Source of the DNA: Candidatus Saccharimonadota bacterium
GTDB taxonomy: Bacteria; Patescibacteriota; Patescibacteriia; 2-12-FULL-60-25
Direction: 5' to 3'
DNA: 32,000 bases
Assembly: GCA_963718585.1 (NCBI GenBank)
Contig: OY970357.1
Location: forward strand, 900,001-932,000
The notes below the pieces were generated by a model. The model was not told the origin of the DNA. It saw only the letters and a list, made by a program, of their open reading frames with translations, and did not search any database. Below, one piece after another: positions 29,185 through 32,000 of the stretch. A program made the translations under genes and the position numbers. Each line of letters opens with the position of its first letter. Positions within the stretch are counted from its first letter, which is position 1.

Positions 29185-32000
29185 TTACGTGGAGATGCTC
29201 ACCAAACGGCCCGGGACGTAGACGATCTTTTTCGGCTCTGCACCATCCAGAAAAACGTTCACCTTTTCAGAAGACAGCGCCGCTTCCTTGGCGTCGGCCT
29301 CGGTCACGGTCGATGGGAGCGTGATCTTGTCACGTACTTTTCCGTTCACTTGGATGACCAATTCGAACGTCGAGGCGGTCAGCTTGGATGCGTCATACGT
29401 CGGCCACACCGAGACATGGATGGAGGTCTCGTGCCCAAGACGGCGCCACAGCTCATCCGTGATGTGTGGCGCGAATGGCGCCAGGAGTTTCAGCAACGTT
29501 TCCCAGGAGTCTCGAGAAAATGGTACTCCTTCAACGAAGGCATTCACCAGGATCATCAATGCGGACACGGCGGTATTGAAATGCATTCCTTCAATATCTT
29601 CACCGACCTTCTTAACGGTCCGATTGAGCAAGATCTCAAAATCGGAGTCCGTCTGATCAGAGAATGGATTCGATCCGGCCGCCTCTGGTGGCGTCATGAC
29701 GCCATACAAATTCCAGACCTTATCCAAGAACCGACGAACACCTTCGATCCCGTTCGTATCCCATGGGGCATCCTGATCGAACGGACCGATGAACATCTCA
29801 TACAAACGGAAAACATCGGCACCATATCGCTCCACGACCTCGTCCGGATTCACGACATTCCCGCGCGACTTGGACATCTTCACGCCGCCCTCGCCAAGGA
29901 TGAGTGCATGGGACCGCCGCTTGGCATAGGGTTCGGATCCACAGGACCGCGGCACGAGGTCAAGGTCGAACAATACCTTGTACCAGAACCGGGAATAGAG
30001 CAGGTGAAGGGTCGTGTGCTCCATCCCTCCGTTGTACAGGTCGACAGGCATCCAATACGAAAGCTTTTCCTGGTCCGCGAATGAATCATCATTGTGCGGA
30101 TCGCAGTAGCGGAGGAAGTACCACGAAGACCCCGCCCAGTTGGGCATGGTGTCTGTCTCGCGCTCAGCCGGCTTCCCGCAATGCGGACAGGTCGTTTCGA
30201 CCCAATCACGGATAGCGGCCAATGGCGACTCGCCCGAATCCGTCGGTTCGTAGTTCTCGACCTCCGGAAGCATGATGGGCAGCTGCGCATCCGGAACGGG
30301 CACATAACCGCACACGTTGCAGATCACGATCGGGATGGGTTCCCCCCAATACCGCTGACGCGAAAAGACCCAATCACGCAGACGATACGTCGTTTTTCGC
30401 TCACCGACACCATTTTCCGACAACCATTCGATCATCTTTTCCTTCGCCTCAGCGGTCGAAAGACCATCAAGAAAACCCGAGCTCGTCACAACACCTGCAT
30501 CCGTATAACAGGTACCATGAAGAAGTTTTCGAAGCAGATAGGCATGCGCCGGATCCTTGATCTCCTCTTCGGCGCGCGTGATATCGACCCATTCGACCTG
30601 GAACGCTTCGTGCGGCTCACGCACCGCGTCCTCGCGCACATCATCGACCAGGTCAAAGAGATACCCGGTGACATCGATGTTCCGCGCGACCCCTTTGGCA
30701 TACGCGAAATAATGATGATGCACGACCTCGGAACGTGACACGAGCCGGACGTGCGTATATCCGGTCTCTTCCCGGATCTCCCGCTCCGCACAGGCGACCG
30801 GATCCTCCCCGTTCTCGATCCCCCCACCGATGAGCAGGCGTCCGCCGTTCTTTTTCCAATCCAGGGTCAACACCTTCCCACTCTTCGGATCGCGAACGAT
30901 CGCAATGATACTGGTACGCGATTCCTCATTCGACTGGGGCGTGCCCGTGACCGGTTCGACAACGACCTTCACCGGCAATCCAAAGGTCTGCGCAAACGCA
31001 TGGTCGCGCTCATCATGCGCCGGTACGGCCATGATCGCGCCCGTGCCATATCCGCCGAGGACGTAGTCCGCGATCCAGACCGGCACCATCTCGCCGTTCG
31101 CCGGATTCTTGGCCATGACACCTTGCAACGCGACGCCCGTCTTCTCCTTGTTCTCCTGCCGCTGCAATTCGCTCTTCAACGTTGTCCCTGCCTGATACGC
31201 GCGGACCTCGTCCGCATTCGTCACATCTCCTTCCGCGATCCAGGTCTCGATGAGCGGATGCTCCGGAGCCAACACCAGGTAGGTCGCACCAAAAAGCGTA
31301 TCCGGCCGGGTCGTGAACACGGTCACCTTGTCGGGCAGCAATCCGTTCGGTCCGGTGATCGTGAAATCCACATACGCTCCCTTGCTCCGGCCGATCCAAT
31401 TGATCTGTTGCGCCTTGATCTTCTCGAGGTAATCGACGGTCTCCAGATCATCGATGAGCCGATCCGCATAAGAGGTGATCCGGATCATCCACTGCGCCTT
31501 GATCCGCTGCTCCACATCTGCCCCGCAACGCTCGCACACGCCGCCCTGCGCCTCTTCGTTCGCCAGACCGATCTTGCATCGCGGACACCAGTTGATCGTG
31601 GATTCGGCCTTGTACGCCATGCGCTTCCCATCGACATAGGTTCGGACCGCGGCATCGCCCTGTTCGCGCACCGCGTCCGGGATCGCCAACTCCCCGATCG
31701 GGCGCGCGCGACCCTCGACCGGATCGAAATAGCTGTTGAAGAACCGCAGGAACATCCATTGCGTCCACTTATAGTACGCGGGATCCGTGGTGTTGATCTC
31801 GCGCGACCAGTCGAATCCGAACCCGAGCGACTTCAGCTGACGCGTGAAATTCGCGACGTTCTTTTTCGTCGCATCCTGCGGCTTGACCTTGTGTTTGATC
31901 GCGAAATTCTCGGTCGGGAGACCGAAGGCATCCCATCCGATCGGATAGAGGACGTTCTTCCCCTCCATCCGCTGCTTGCGGGTCATGATGTCGAGCGCCG
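29185..32000 (-). CDS. leuS: Leucyl-tRNA synthetase (5' end beyond the window) carrying an inserted Nudix domain
   Basis: PIGWDAFGLPTE, the CP1 editing domain (TTRPDTLFGATY...YGTGAIMAVPAHDERD) and KMSKS are present. The frame stays open upstream of the track Met at 31986 (..ALDIMTRKQRMEGKNV matches the conserved LeuRS N-terminal region). Confidence 0.95.
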   Translation of the reverse strand, partial: ALDIMTRKQRMEGKNVLYPIGWDAFGLPTENFAIKHKVKPQDATKKNVANFTRQLKSLGFGFDWSREINTTDPAYYKWTQWMFLRFFNSYFDPVEGRARPIGELAIPDAVREQGDAAVRTYVDGKRMAYKAESTINWCPRCKIGLANEEAQGGVCERCGADVEQRIKAQWMIRITSYADRLIDDLETVDYLEKIKAQQINWIGRSKGAYVDFTITGPNGLLPDKVTVFTTRPDTLFGATYLVLAPEHPLIETWIAEGDVTNADEVRAYQAGTTLKSELQRQENKEKTGVALQGVMAKNPANGEMVPVWIADYVLGGYGTGAIMAVPAHDERDHAFAQTFGLPVKVVVEPVTGTPQSNEESRTSIIAIVRDPKSGKVLTLDWKKNGGRLLIGGGIENGEDPVACAEREIREETGYTHVRLVSRSEVVHHHYFAYAKGVARNIDVTGYLFDLVDDVREDAVREPHEAFQVEWVDITRAEEEIKDPAHAYLLRKLLHGTCYTDAGVVTSSGFLDGLSTAEAKEKMIEWLSENGVGERKTTYRLRDWVFSRQRYWGEPIPIVICNVCGYVPVPDAQLPIMLPEVENYEPTDSGESPLAAIRDWVETTCPHCGKPAERETDTMPNWAGSSWYFLRYCDPHNDDSFADQEKLSYWMPVDLYNGGMEHTTLHLLYSRFWYKVLFDLDLVPRSCGSEPYAKRRSHALILGEGGVKMSKSRGNVVNPDEVVERYGADVFRLYEMFIGPFDQDAPWDTNGIEGVRRFLDKVWNLYGVMTPPEAAGSNPFSDQTDSDFEILLNRTVKKVGEDIEGMHFNTAVSALMILVNAFVEGVPFSRDSWETLLKLLAPFAPHITDELWRRLGHETSIHVSVWPTYDASKLTASTFELVIQVNGKVRDKITLPSTVTEADAKEAALSSEKVNVFLDGAEPKKIVYVPGRLVSIST

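Overview
GC-rich bacterial chromosomal window. Housekeeping genes sit almost entirely on the minus strand: yvcK-like (partial), galT-like, a small lipoprotein, ruvC, yebC, rpoC, rpoB, a RodZ-like HTH membrane protein, ftsK, recA, an M23-peptidase lipoprotein, a membrane-anchored hypothetical, comEC, ugd and leuS (partial, runs off the 3' edge). The gene set, the many orphan ORFs and the lack of rplKAJL upstream of rpoB are reminiscent of a reduced, CPR/Patescibacteria-like genome; this is inference only. The unusual part is a ~7.3 kb plus-strand accessory region (about 11.16-18.5 kb) between rpoB and the RodZ-like gene. It opens with a near-consensus TTGACA-N17 promoter. This is followed by a terminator/antiterminator-like leader, three tandem diverged copies of an unassigned ~150-180 nt structured RNA module with compensatory base changes in its closing helix, and a tRNA-like element. 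Next come about 13 small orphan ORFs, each with a strong Shine-Dalgarno site and most followed by strong hairpins. A fourth copy of the RNA module sits 3.6 kb downstream behind a second TTGACA-N17 promoter, and a third such promoter drives a ~190 nt rod-like sRNA that ends at a bidirectional terminator. Other notable points are a complete Nudix domain inserted in LeuRS, an ArfA-like C-terminal motif in a 58-aa basic protein, a GTTC-N7-GTTC direct repeat upstream of recA, and a plus-strand repeat protein (4x TSVARLGK) among minus-strand genes. I found no CRISPR array, rRNA, canonical tRNA, transposase or integrase. All family assignments come from motif recognition by eye; no database search was possible.
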